This document shows, piece after piece, positions 41,576 to 59,300 of a DNA stretch of 64,000 bases. The DNA is from the human T2T-CHM13v2.0 reference genome, Homo sapiens. The notes under the pieces are model-generated. The model was not told where the DNA came from, made no database searches, and was given only the letters and a program-made list of their open reading frames with translations. The stretch's first letter is position 1; every line of letters starts with the position of its first letter. The position numbers and the translations under genes are program-made. Location: assembly GCF_009914755.1 (NCBI RefSeq), contig NC_060932.1. One strand, given 5' to 3'.

Positions 41576-42329
41576 TTTAGATCCAACTCAAATTCTAATT
41601 CCTACAAGAGGCAGCCCCTGTTCAAATCTTCTATTTTTTTAATGAACTTCTTTGAACTGATAGACAAGGTAATACAATCCTTGAGGATAATTGTTATTTA
41701 ATTGTCTCATGTGAATTATATATGTCTTACCAATTTAAATGTAAGTTTGTCTGTCAGGGACCATTTGTATTTCTGAAAATAAAAAAAAACACTGTTGAGT
41801 GTTCTGGAAATAAATATTAAAGATTCAGTCAGATGATAAGTGTTTCAGGGTAGTCATTTAGGCAACGGGAGAACTCTAAATGCATAAGGATAAAATCGAT
41901 CTTTGATTAGGGTGCTAAGGATGGGAAAATATGAGTTAGAATAATTGAGACATAAAGTCAAGAGCTTGACAACTGATGAAGGTCTGTTTTTGTTTACTAA
42001 CATCTGGCTACAAGCTCATAATGAGGTCACATAGAAAACCAACCTGGTTGTAAGCTACCAAACTACTTATGTGACTTCTGTTAATGACTGTCAAGTATGA
42101 GGATCATGATTGATCCCAGAATTTGAGGCCAAGTTAAATATGCATGAATTGTCTGAATGTCGACCTGTGCAGCTACCATACATTGAACACAGGAAACCAG
42201 GCAGGCTAAAATGTAAAGGAGGCATAGGGATAGACTTCAGAAACATCAGGTTTGTATGAACTCGGACAATCTTCCAAGAGCAGTGCTCAGTAAGTAGCAA
42301 AAAGTTTAAAAAATAATATCAGAAAACAA

Positions 42330-43050
42330 AATAACTAATTGAAAATGCATGACCATTGTGAAATTACAGGCTTAAAGAAGAGGGTGAAAGGAGTTTAGAG
42401 AAGTACATTTTATGTAATTAGGAATTTATAAACAGGATGGGTAGGATGAAGATGACTTGAACAGTGAAGGCCTTCTGCTAAGACTTATGCTATAGCAAGG
42501 AGTGAATTCAAATCCTGCAAAAAGGATTTTTTTGAACTCCAAATATTCTAGAGATGGAAAAAATTATCGTTTTCAAAATACCCAAATTATACTGGCAATA
42601 TACTTACCAGCCTACTGAAGAAAATTTACTTTCAATCTGTTTATTGTGTTAATCAAAATATGGGTAAAATTAAGATATGTTCAATGGTACAAGGATATAG
42701 AAAGATACAATTTTTTTCTTAAGTATTTTGAGGATGCCCTCTGGCTAAGAGAAGACATTCATTAAGAAAGAAACATTGGATCCAGGAAGCGGTGGAATCA
42801 AGCTGAAAACCTTCTGGTTAACAGCTGCATTGTAGATTTAAAGATCAAATAGTCAAGACTGAAACAAGAGGAAGAAAGACTCTAGGATGGGAATTATTAG
42901 GGAAATAAAGATGCCATAAAACAGTATAATGAAGACAATGGGAAAACTTCAGGGTAAAATAAACACACATAATAGATTAAATTTATAAGAGCAATTATAC
43001 TGAGAAAAATAAAAAACCTTTATCAAAGTTATGACTCAAATATTAAATGT
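42330..43050 (+). mobile_element. HAL1-like remnant
   Basis: 'ttttgaggatgccctc...aagaaagaaacattggatccaggaagcggtggaatc...aatagtcaagactgaaacaag' resembles the recalled HAL1 consensus. Confidence 0.5.
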
Positions 43051-43939
43051 ACCCAGGGTAATGCTGGGGGATATTTTCACTTCTAAAATCACTTATTTCC
43101 AGTCAACCCTTGGCTTCCCCTACCACTATATAATTTTAACTAATTTATTCAAGAAGAATATGGATACAGTTGAGAGAAGGACTCATTGCACCAAATTGTA
43201 GGATTTATTGCACTCAATTGCTTCTCAAGTTATACATTTATTTTCAAAGAATCATTTGAAATCTCATCTTTTTCAAGGCAGAGGAGGGCTTTCAAAATTC
43301 AAGATATTCTGAGAAAGGCAAATTTGGAAAAACGAAGTGTGAAGAGATCTGTGACCTTCTTTTTAGTAAAATAACCATTAACTGTTTAATATTGTTTTAA
43401 AAACAAACAAACATTTATTGAAATTATCCTAAGGACATACCACAAATACGGAGATGATTATTCAAGAGAAACCTACCAAATCTTCATAAGAATAGCAGCT
43501 TCTTTCATTTGAGCCGTAATCCCCTCACTCTTTTCCCTTCTTCCAAAATCAGTGAGATGGGTGCTGTACTTCAGACAAGAAAAGAGTTTTCCTTTCTACC
43601 AATTCCTAGTTTAGGGCTACCAGATCTTCCCCAGAAGGGACAAGCTGCCACCATATATCAAAACCCCATCTCTATCTTGCAGGAATGCTATCCAAGCAAG
43701 AGAGGCTGAAAAATCTTAGATTCTCTTCCTCAGTTCACCCTCCTCTTATAGGACAGAAGTTCTGCTGAGAATACTAGGCCCCCGTGCCTCTTACCTCAGC
43801 TTACTCATAAGGTGGAAGTTCTACACAAAGAGAAGGAAACCAAAAAGACCTGAGGCCATCTTTCCTAACTCACACAGCAACATTACCACTCAAAGAAAAG
43901 TTGGAACTGTCCCCACTCCATCTCTAGCCAATAAGAGAC

Positions 43940-45519
<1,580 letters not shown>

Positions 45520-45589
45520 TAAATATCAAGAGCAAAACTTTAAGGTGTACATACAGATTACAACTTTAAGCTTGGATATGTAAACATAC

Positions 45590-48500
45590 TTTTTTATTTA
45601 GAAAAAAAATTTAATATTAACATATGTAGAGGGCACAAGTGTAGATTTCTTATATGCATATATTGGGGTAGTGGTGAAGTCTGGGTTTGTAGCACCCATC
45701 ACTTGAATAGTTAACGTTGTACCCGATAGGTAATGTTTAAACTCTCACCTGCCTCCCACCTTCCCAATTTTGTTACTCCAATGTCTATTGGACATTGCAT
45801 GTCCATGTGTACTCATTGTTTAACTCCCATTTATAATTGAGAACATATGGTATTTGACTTTATATTTCTGAGTTATTTCACTTAGAATAATGGTCTGTAG
45901 TTCTATCCATATTGCTGCAAAACAAAAACAAAAATGAAACATGATTTCATTCTTTGTTATGGCTGAGTAGTATTTCATAGTGTATATATACATTGTCTTC
46001 AACCAATCCTCTATTGATGGAAACTTAACACTGATTCTATACCTTTACTATTGTGAGTAGTGCTGCAGTACACATACAAGTACAGGTATCTTTCTGACAT
46101 AATGATTTCTTTTTCTTTAGGTATATAGCCAGTAGTGAAATTGTTGGTTAAAATGGTATTCAGTTCGAGATCAGCCTGGCCAATATGATGAAACCCCGTC
46201 TCTACTAAAAAAATAAATTAGCCAGGCATGGTGGTACACACCTGTAATCCCAGCTACTCAGGAGGCTGAGACAGGAGAATCACTTGAACCCAGGAAGCAG
46301 AGGTTGCAGTGAGCCGAGATCACGCCACTGCACTCCACCCTGGGCAACAAAGAGCAAAACTCCATCTCAAAAAAAAAAAAAAAAAAAAAAAGTAGTCGTA
46401 TTTTTAATTCTTTGACAATTCTACCTATTGTTTTGCATAAAAGTTGCACTAATTTATATTCCTGCCAACAGTGTACAAGTATTCCCTTTTCTTTACATCC
46501 TTGCCAACATCTATAGTTGTTCAACACTTTAATGATAGCCATTCTGACTGGTGTAAGATGGTGTCTCATTACAGTTTTATTCATACTTTGATGACTAGTG
46601 ATGTTGAACATGTTTTCAGGTTTCTTAACTGCTTGTATGTCTTCTTTTAAAAAATGTCTGTTCATGTCCTTTGCCCACTTTTTAATGAGCTTCTTTATTT
46701 GTTGAGTTATTTGAGTTCCTTGCAGATTCTAAATACTAGATGCATAGCCTGCAAATATTTTTCCCATTCTGTAGATCGTCTCTACTCTGTTGATTGTCTC
46801 TTTCTGTGCAGAAGCTTTTTAGTTTAAGTCCGTTTGTCTATTTTTGGTTTTGTTGCATGTGCTTTTGAGGACTTGGTCATTAATTATTTGTCTAGGGAAA
46901 TGTCTAGAAGACATTTTCCTTGGTTTTCTTTTTAAGATTTTTATAGTTTCATGTCTTATATTTAAGTCATTAACCCATATTGAGTTAATTTTTATATACG
47001 GTGAAAGACATGGGTCTAGTTTCACTCTTCTGCATTTGGCTATCCAATTTTTCCAGCACCACTTAACTGAATGTGTTGTCATTTTTCCATTGTATATTTT
47101 GGTCAACTTTGTCAAAGATCAGTTGGTTGTAGATATGTGGCTTTATTTGTGGGTTCTCTATTCTGTTTCATTGATCTATGTGTCTATTTTTATACTAGTA
47201 CCACACTGCTTTGATTGCTTGTAGTAATTTAATTGTAGTTACTTGTAGTATAATTTAAACTCAAGTAATGTGATGACCCCAGTTTTGTTACTTTTGCTTA
47301 GGATTTCTTTGGCTATTTGGCATCTTTCCTGGTTCCATATGAAGTTAAGATTATTCTTCCAAATTCTGTGAAAAATGGCATTAGTATTTTGATAGACATT
47401 GCACTGAATGTGTAGAATGCTTTGGGCAGTATAGTCATTTTAACAATATTAATTCTTCCAGCCCATGAGTGTGGGAGGTTTTCTATTTCTGTATTTCATA
47501 TACCATTTCTTTCATTAGTGTTTCTTCATTCTCCTTATAAATGTCTTTCATCTCCTTTGTTAAATATATTCCCAGGCATTTTTTAAGTAGCTATTGTAAA
47601 TGGGGTTGCTTTCTTGTTTGGGTCCTTGGCTAGATTGTTATTAATGTATAGAAACATTAATAATTGCTGTAAGTTAATTCTGTATCCTGAAACTCTACTA
47701 ATTCGTTTAGCAAATCTAAGAGTTTTTTTGGTGATGTCTTTTGGGTTTTCTAGATATACGATCGTATTATCCATGATCAAAGATAATTTGACTTCCTCTT
47801 TTCCAATTTGGATACCTTTTTTTGATCCTTAATTTCATTGGATGTTTTTTCTGCATCTATCGACTGGATCACATTATTTATATTTTTAATTCTGTTATTG
47901 TGATGTATCACATTTGTTGATTTGTGCATGTTAAACCATCTTTGCATTCTTCGGGTACATCCCACCTAATCATGATATTTCATCTTTTTGACACACTGCT
48001 GGATTTCATCTGTTAGTATTTTGTTAAGGATCTTTGCATCTATATTCATCAAAGGTGTTGGTCTGTAGTTTTTTTGTTGTTGTGTCCTTTTTTGTCTGGT
48101 TTTGGTATCAGATAATACTAGACTCATATAATTATCTAGAAAAAAAAATTTCCACATTAATTTTTAGAATAGTATTAGAATAATTGGTATTAGTTCTTCT
48201 TTGACTGTTTAGTAGGATTTGGCTGTTAATCTATTTTGTCCTGAAGGAGAAGTTTTCTTATGAATTAATTCCCACTTCTCATTAATGGCATGTTCACGAA
48301 TTCTATTTCTTCTTGGTGAAATCTTGGGATGTTGTACATTTCTGGGAATTTAACCAATTTCCTTAATTTCTAGTTTATGAGTGTATAGTTGTTTATAATA
48401 GTCTCTAATAATCTTTTGTCTTTGTGTGTTATCACTTGCAATGTCTCCTTTTTCATTTCTGATTGTGTTTATTTGACTCTTCTCTCTTTTGTCGGTTAGT

Positions 48501-49370
48501 CTATCTGGTGGTATATTAACTTTGTTTATCCTTTGAAAGAACCTAGTTGTGGGTCCTTAATCTCTTGCATTTGTGTTTTGGTCTTTATATAATTTAGTTC
48601 TGCTCCGATCTCTGCTATTTTTTCTTCTGCTAACTGCGGGTTCAGTTTGATTTTGTTTTCCTAGTTCCATGAGGTACAATGTTACGTTATTAATTTGTTA
48701 CATTTTGATTCTTCGGTGGAGACATCTAATGCTATAAACTTCCCTCTTTTGCTGTATCCTACAGATTTGGGTATGTTGTATTTATATCTTCATTCATTTC
48801 AAAATGTTTTATAGTTTTCATCTGAATTTTTTTCTTAAACCAGTGATCATTCAGTAGCATGCTTTTTAATTTACATGTACTTGTATAGCCTCCAAAGCTT
48901 TTCCTGGTACACTTCCTAACTTTATTCCACTGTGATCTGAGAATATATATAATATAATTTTTTGATTTTTAAAAACTTGTTAAAATTTACTTTGTGGCCT
49001 AACATACAGCCTACTTCAGAGAAGGTTCCAAGTGTTGATGGAAACAATATATGTTCTGTAGTTGTTGGGTAGAGTGTTCTATAATTGTTGGTTAAGCCTA
49101 TTTGGTTTAAGTACAATTTAAGTCCAACATTTCTTGTTTAATTTTGTCTCAATGATCTGCCTAGTGCTGAGTATTTAAGTCCTATATTATTATTGTGTTT
49201 CTGTTTGTCTCTTTTTTTTAGGTCTAGGAATGTTTGTTTTATGAATTTGGGTTCTTCAGTGTTGGCTGCATATCTACTTAGGTTTGTTATATCCTCTTGC
49301 TAAATTAATACCTTTATCATTATACAATGAACTTCTTGGTTTTTTTTTTAAATTTTTTTCTCAAGTCTGT
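45590..49370 (-). mobile_element. L1PB-type element, 3' UTR to EN region, with internal deletions
   Basis: 3' UTR 'gtagtggtgaagtctggg...cccatcacttgaatag'; ORF2 peptides '[23 protein letters not shown]', '[19 protein letters not shown]', 'IVYLENPKD'. Confidence 0.9.
46161..46391 (+). mobile_element. 5'-truncated AluS (Sq/Sp-like) inside L1PB
   Basis: Starts 'cagttcgagatcagcctggccaa'; 'caacaaagagcaaaactcc' then a pure A tail. Confidence 0.9.
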
Positions 49371-49371
49371 T

Positions 49372-49625
49372 TCACATGGAGTACACATGGTACAAAAGAA
49401 GGGAACAATAGACATTGTGACCTACTTGAGGGTGGAGGGTGGCAGGAGGGTGAGGTTTGAAAACCTATCAGATACTATGATCATCACCTGGGTGACAAAA
49501 TTATCTCTATGCTAAATGGCTGCAACACACAATTTACACATGCAGCAAACCTGCACATGTACTCCTAAGCCTAAAATAAAATTTGAACAGAAAAAAATCA
49601 TAATAAATTAAAATAAAATACAGTA
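49372..49625 (+). mobile_element. L1PA16-like 3' end fragment
   Basis: 'aagaagggaacaatagaca...cctacttgagggtggagggtggcaggagggtgagg...aacctgcacatgtac...taaaataaaa'. Confidence 0.85.
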
Positions 49626-49644
49626 AAATAAGTAGAGAAAAAAA

Positions 49645-50730
49645 TATCTGCCCTTCACTGGCTAGGCAGTAGCCAATGTGAGGTGCAGCAACCCAAAGGT
49701 GAGGTGCAGCCCAGTGTTAAACTCTCAAAATGGCACCTTTGCCCTGGGACCAGAGAGGGCAGGATCCTGTATTAATTTGTTCTGACACTGCTATAAAGAA
49801 TATCTGAGACTGGGTAATTTATGAACAAAAGAAGTGTAATTGACTCACAGTTCTGTACAGCTGGGGAGGTTTCAGGAAACTTAAAATCAAGGTGGAAGAC
49901 AAAGGGGAAGCAGGATTCTTCTTCCCAAGGTGGCAGGAGAGAGAGAGACAGTGAAGGGGAAGAACCACACACTTACAAAAACAACCAGATCTTGTGAGAA
50001 CTCACTCACTATCACAAGAAGAGCATGAGGGAAACTGCTCCCATGATCCAGTCACCTCCCACCAGGTCTCTCCCTCAACATGTGGGGATTACAATTTAAG
50101 ATGAGATTTGGGTGGGTCTACAGAGCCAAACCATATTAGACCCCTCCCAGGAAAGCAACCTGGGCAGGAAGCTGTGGGAAATGCTCACATTTCAGACTCA
50201 ACAGCAGGGTGGTAAGGACCCTCTCAGGGACCCTCTCCCTCTTTGGAGCAGTGCAGTGGCGGTAGTTGTGTCTATAGATCCCTGGTAGGTACACTCTGAA
50301 AATGTATAGCTAAGGCTAGCAGCTAAGGTTAATCCAGAGTAAGATGCCTGTGGGATTTGGTATGGGTTCCTTTCTGGAGCAACAGTTCTGTGCAATCTTT
50401 AGGCAGCTCCATTTGTAAGGCCCGAGGCCCTAGTGGGTGGAGGGTTTCTCCTATAGCCAAGACTGTAAAAGCCCCTTTTATAGTGTGGTGCCTGGGAGTT
50501 TCTCTCTTACAGCTTCCCATGTCCAGCCTCTCTTGGCTCTCAGTCAGTCTCTGGCCAGGCAAGCTGCCTCAAACCCTCTCCTTGCTTAATTCTGGCACTT
50601 TCTCTCTTTTCTCTCGTGAATCCTTGCACTCTCTTTTAGATGATCTGTTCAAAATGTATCTACTTTTACTCTGATTTCTCTCCAGGTAGCAGGCAACTAT
50701 TACTTGTATCTAGTCAGCCATTTTGATCCT
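49645..50730 (-). mobile_element. L1 (PB/M-type) 5' UTR, interrupted by THE1D; probably the 5' end of the L1PB at 45590-49370
   Basis: GC-richer segment ending 'tatctagtcagccattttg' (antisense YY1-like CAAAATGGC), the same end motif as the L1 5' terminus at ~39632-39648. Confidence 0.65.
49768..50138 (-). mobile_element. THE1D-like (MaLR) solo LTR with 5-bp TSD
   Basis: 'tgtattaatttgttct...gagactgggtaattta...ttgtgagaactcactcactatcac...gatgagatttgggtggg...agccaaaccatatta'; TSD gatcc / gaccc. Confidence 0.9.
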
Positions 50731-51438
50731 TCTGCCTGAACATACTTTTTATATCAAGACATTGAGACTTAAGGAGGAAGTCAGGATACAGCTGAGTTGT
50801 GCACTGCTCCTAAGCGATCTCATCAGCTTTAATTCCTAGCAACCAGTAGTACATGGTTTTTCTTTTTTATTTGGCTTACTTTGATATTGTTTCCCTGTAG
50901 ATTGGTATCACCCTGTATATTATACAACTAGAGACAATAGATATAGGTTCTAAGGAAATTTACATACCACTAAATATAATTTTGTATTTTTTGTAAATAA
51001 ATATACTTGCTGAATAGAATTTTTTGTCATAATGCACATCTTAGTTTCTTGATATTAAAGGTATGTTTTTCATACACAAGATGAATTTCAATTTTGCTGC
51101 CAAGTTGACAATTCTTAGAATTTTTTAATGAGATTTTGCTTTACATTTCTAATTTTCTTCCACACATTTTATGTTGCTAGAAATATCAAAATGAAAAGAA
51201 TTACTTTAAAGTATCTTTTGTGTGGTTTGATTTAATCTGAATCTATCTAACTTTCTCTCAGGCCAGACAATTCAAATCAATAGACAATTTAAAATATATT
51301 TATATGCATTTCCCTTAAAATTTTCCACCTGCTGAAAAGACGAAATGCATGTTATTTCATATTATATAAAGCTCAGAATTCATATTTGTGATCTTATAAT
51401 TATGTGATTAGAGTCTATGAAGCTATTTGTATCAGTAA

Positions 51439-51469
<31 letters not shown>

Positions 51470-51491
51470 CTCTCTCTCACACACACACACC
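51439..51491. repeat. Compound (CA)n(CT)n(CA)n microsatellite
   Basis: Directly visible. Confidence 0.95.
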
Positions 51492-52658
51492 ATATAAAAA
51501 ATACATACATATTCTCCACCCAAAGAAGCAAGAACTACATACCATGATTTCCTGCTGATTTGTGTTTTTGGTAGATTATCATCATTACAGAAATGAAACT
51601 TAATTAAAAGATAAGTATCAGGAATTTATGCAAGAGAATTACACATTAGCCATAATAGATCTTGAAACAAACTAATTTTATTATTAAAAATATTTTTGAT
51701 ATTTGTTTTAATGTGTTAAATCTTTAAAAATGCATGTTATTATTAAATTGCCATCTCCAGAGGCTTATTCAGTAGAGACTCTGCAATTTATTTCTGTCTA
51801 CTTGTGACGCCAGTGTTTCGTCCCACCTCTCAATCTCTTGCTTTTCTTCCTCTATTGTCCACCTTGATCTTCCCTTTTATTGCTACTCCTTTAGGAAATT
51901 CTTTTGTTCTGAAATTTGCTTAAAAGAATTAATTAAATAATTAGTTACACAATCCATAATAGAGAACTATTATGTTTTTAATTTTCCAGTTAAGCCTTTA
52001 AGACAAGTTACAACAATACATTCAATACTGTCTTTGAAAATATATTGATGCCTAGCTGAAGAATTTCTCTTTTTACTAACAACCCTTAACAACTATCAAA
52101 TCCTCTTACTCTGAAACCAGATGTTTGCAATTTTCTCCTAAGCCAAGACTTGAACACACATGCTAAAATGCAGCAAAAAGACCTTAAGTTTAAATATATC
52201 ATAAAATACAGTAGTTGTTCAAGTCCCTTTACTTTTCTTTTCTTTTTCTTTTTTTTAATGGAAGTAACCTGAGAAAGTTTCTGCTATGTCTGTACTCCCT
52301 AGGAATGAGTGCTTCACTGTCGCTCAAGCACGTTCAATCCCCATTTCTGAATGGTGTGCACTATTTGAGAGTGAAAGTGACTCTGAAAACTGCAGGGAAA
52401 AAAATAGGACAAAGCAAATTTTGCCTGAAGTTATGTACGAATATATAAAGCAGATAAATGACTGCAAAGAAACGTGGTCCCTGACCTTTTTGATAGCAGG
52501 TACCCATTTGGTGGAAGACAATTTTTCCACAGACCAGAGTTGGTGGGGGGTGGTTTCAGGATGATTCAAGAGCATTATATTTCTTGTGCACCTTATGTCT
52601 ATTATTATTAAATTGTAATACATAATCAAATAATTTAACAAATCACCATAATGTAGAA

Positions 52659-54853
<2,195 letters not shown>

Positions 54854-55359
54854 TTTGGCTAGGGTTAGCTTGTGGGCTTACCAAAACTGACTGAGACAAG
54901 TGCAAAGTGTGATAAAGAGGCACAGATGGAAGTGGTAAATAAAATAATGGGCAGGCCATGCACAGAATAAAAAATAAGTGTCGAATTCTGACTCAAAGCC
55001 TGTACAATTGAAGTACATCAACTCACTTGGCATTATAAAGCCTGCCACAAGATACAGCTTAATTCTCACTTGCCAATCACTGATAGGTTTTTGATATTAG
55101 TCTGTAAGCAATTAATTTATTATGGCCTCTGTGCCATCAAAACCTCTCTGCTAATGTTAATCTGTACTTTCAGCTGCCCCCCCAGTGCTAGCATCACCAC
55201 CTCAGCTCTACCTCAGACCATAAGGCATTCAATACTCCTAAGGAACATGCAACCTAGATACCTTGCATGTACAGTTCACAGTAGGGTTCATGTTCCTAAG
55301 AGAATCTAACACCACTGCTGATCTGATAGGAGGTGGAATCTTAACATAAGTGGCAGGAT

Positions 55360-56335
55360 CCTAATTTACAATATTGAATGAGAAAAATAAAGGCAGAAAA
55401 CTGACACTAAACATGTTCAGGTGTTTCTGTAAAGCTAAAGTAATCAAGACAGTGTGGTATTGGCCAAAGAATAGACAAATAGGCAATGGGACAGAATCCA
55501 GAGACCAGAAATATACCAACACAAATATAGTCAACTTATTTTTGACAAAAGAGCAAATGCCAATGCAACGGAGTAAAGATTTTTATTTTAACTAATGGTA
55601 TTGGAACAACTAGTCATCCACATACAAAACAATGAATCTAAACAGAGACCTTAACATCTCAACACAAATTAACTGTAAATGAATCACACACTTAAATGTA
55701 AAATGAAAAACATTCAAGTCTCCTAGAAGAAAACATAGCAAATATTCTAAATGACCTTGGGATTGGTGATAAATTTTAGCTACAACAACAAAGGCATGAT
55801 CCATGAAACAATTGATGAGATGGACTTCATTAAAATGAAAAACTTCTGCTCTGTGAAAGACACTGTAAAGGAAATGAGAAGACAAGCCACAGACACTAAG
55901 AAAATCCTTACAGAACATGTATCTGATTAAGGATTGTTATTCAAAATGCATAAAGAACTCTTAGAATTCAACAGTAAGAAAATAAACAATCTGATTAAAA
56001 ATCGGATAAAAATTAATGTCTCATGACAGAACATATACTCATGATAAATATGCATATAAAATGATTGTCAATATTATATACTATTAGAGAATTGCAAATT
56101 AAACAATGCTATACCGCTACACACCTACTAGGGTGATAAGAATCCAAAACACTGACAATGTCAAATTCTAGCAAAGATATAAAGCAACAAAACCTCTCAT
56201 TCTTTGCTGGTGAAATTGCAAAATGGTACAGTCACATCGGAAGACAGTTTGAAAGTCTCTTACAAAACTAAGCATACTCTTACCCTGTGATTGGGTAATC
56301 ATGTTCCTTGGTATATCTACCCAAAGAAGCTGAAA
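55360..56335 (+). mobile_element. L1MC1/2-like ORF2 3' fragment
   Basis: 'KAKVIKTVWYWPKNRQI'; 'cttacaaaactaagcatactcttacc'. Confidence 0.75.
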
Positions 56336-59300
56336 TAACAAATGCCACAGAAATACAAAGGATCATTAGAAACTATTATTAAAAACTATATACCAATAAA
56401 TTTGAAAAACTAGAGGAAATGAATAAATTCCTAGATACATACAACCTACCAAGATTGCTCTGCAAAGAAATAAAATTTCTGAAAAGACCAATAACAAGTA
56501 AGGATATTGAATCTGAAACAAAACAAAACCTAAGAAAAGTCCAGGACCAGATGGCTTCACCACTGAACTCTACCAAACATTTAAAGAACACTTAATAATA
56601 AGTCTTCTCAAACTATTCCCAAAGATGGAAGTGAAGGGAGCTCTTTCTAAATTATTCTAAAAGGTCAACATAACCCTGATATCAAAATCAGACAATGACA
56701 CAACAAAAAATGAAAACTACAGGCCAATATTCCTGATGAATGTAAACACAAATTTTGTCAACAAAATACTAGAAAACTAAACCCAACAATACATCAAAAG
56801 GATAAAACACCATGATTAAGTGGGATTTACCTCAGGAATGAAAGGATGGTTCAACATACAACATCAATAAACATAATATGCTTTATCAACAGAATGAAGG
56901 ACAAAAATCATCTGATCATCTCAAGAAATGCAGAAAAATCATTTGATAAAATTAAATATATCTTCATGATGAGGACTGTCAACAAATTAGGTATAGAAAA
57001 AAATGTAAAAAAGACCATATATGGCAAATCCACAGGTAACACCATATTAAACGGCAAAAGCTGAAATATTTTACGTTAAGAACTGAAAAAAGACAAAGAT
57101 GTCCATTCTCATCTCTTTTATCCAACATAGTACTGGAAGTCCTAGCCAGAGCAATTAGGCAAGAGAAATAAATAAAGGCATCTACATTGGAAAAGAATAA
57201 GTTACATTGCTCCTGTTTCAGACAACATCATCATACAAATAGAAAAATCTAAAGAATCTACCAAAAAACTCTTAGAGCTGATAAACAAATTTAGGAAGGT
57301 GCAGAATAAAAAAATCAACAGACAAATATCAAGAGTGTTTCTGTGCACAAACAATAGACTAACCAAAAAAGAAATAAAAAAGGCAACCCCATTTAAAATA
57401 GCTACAAAAAATAAATAAAATGCCTAGGAATTAATTTAACTGAGGAGTTGAAATGGCTCTACAAAGAAAACTACAAAACATGATAATGAAATTGAAGAGA
57501 ATACAAACAAATGGAAAGACCATGCTCAGTGATTGGAAGAATTAATAGAGTTAAATGACCATTCTATTCAAGGCAATCTTTAGATTAAGGGCAATCTCTA
57601 TTGAAATATTGATGACATTCTTCATAGTAATAGAGAAAAAACTTAAATTTTTAATGAAACCACAAAAGACTTTGAATAGCCAAAGCAATACTGAGGAAAA
57701 TAAACAAAGCTGGAGGCATCACACCATCTGACTTCAAAATTTACTACAAAGCTACAGTAATACAAACAGCATGGTACTGACATAAAAATAAACACACAGA
57801 CCAACAGAACAGAGGATCCAGAAATCAATCTATGCATCTATAGCTCACTGATTTTTGACAAAGGTGTCAAGAACACTCATTGGGGAAAAGACAGTCTCTT
57901 TAACAAATGGTGCTGGGAAAAGTGGATATCAGCATGCAGAAGAATAAAACTAAACCCCTATCTCTCCTGTATACAAAAATCAACTCAAAATTGATTAAAG
58001 ACCTATATGTAAGAATGGAAGCTACAAAATTATTAGAATAAGACATGAGGAAAATACTTTAGGACACTGATCTGGGAAAAGATTTTATGAATAAGACCTC
58101 AAAAATACTGGCAATGTGGACTTTTTCCAAGATGGTCATGAAATACAGCTGGAAAGTACCACTCCCTCAGAAAGGGACTGCGATTTTGACTACCTCATGA
58201 TTTGAACAGATTTTCTGAGAGAAAACATTGGAATGGATAGAGAAAAGATGTAGTCACTGTGGTAAAAGGAGGAGGAAGTTGGGAACCCTGCATGGGGTTG
58301 CCTAAATGCTACAACTTGTTCCCTGCCTCAAATGGTGCCTGCAGAAGGAGTGCATGAATGGACAGAGGTCTGGTCACTCTCACTACAGATATCTGGGATC
58401 CAATAGCCACAAAGAAAATGAAATAACTGGGAATACAGGTAACCAAGAAGGTGAATTATCTCCACAAGCAGAAGTACAAAACACTGCTGAAGAAAATCAG
58501 AGCTGACACAAATAAATGGAAAACCATTCCATGCTCATGGATTGGAAGAATCAATATCATATAAATGGCCATACTTCCCAAAGCCATTTACAGAGTCAGT
58601 GTCTTTCTTATAAACCACCAATGTCATTATTCACAGAATTTGAGAAAATAAAAACTATTCTAAAATTCATATGGAACCACAAAAGAGCCCAAATTAACAA
58701 AGCAATCCTAAGCAAAAATAACACTACCCAAGTTCAAACTATAGTACAAAGCCACAGTCACCAAAAGAGCTTGGTACTGGTACAAACACATGCATATTGA
58801 CCAATGGAATGGACTCGAAAACTCAGAAATAAAGATGCATACCTACAGCCATCTGATCTCCAACAAGGCTGACAAAAACAAGCAACAGAAAAAGGAGTTC
58901 CTAATCAATAAATGGTGATGGATAGCTGGTTAGTTATATGCAGAAGATTGAGGCTGGAACCCTACATTTCACCATATTCAAAAATCAACTTAAGATGGAT
59001 TAAAGATTTAAATGTAAAACCCTCAAACTACAAAAATCCTGTAAGACAATCTGGAAAATACTCTTCTAGACATTGGCCTTGGCAAAAAATTTTAGCTAAG
59101 TCCCCAAAAGCAGTTGCAACAATAACAAAAATAGACAAGTGGGAGCTAATTAAACTAAAGAACTTCTGCACGACAAAAGAAACTGTCAACAAAGCAAACT
59201 GACAACCCAGAGTATGGGAGAGACATTCACAAACTATGTATCTGACAAAGGCCTAATATCCAGAACCTACAGAGACGTTAAACAAATCAACAAGGAAAAA

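Noticed and set aside
52286-52564. 92-aa + strand ORF 'MSVLPRNECF...'
   Set aside because: Runs into the Charlie3 terminus, with no homology recognised and no promoter context.
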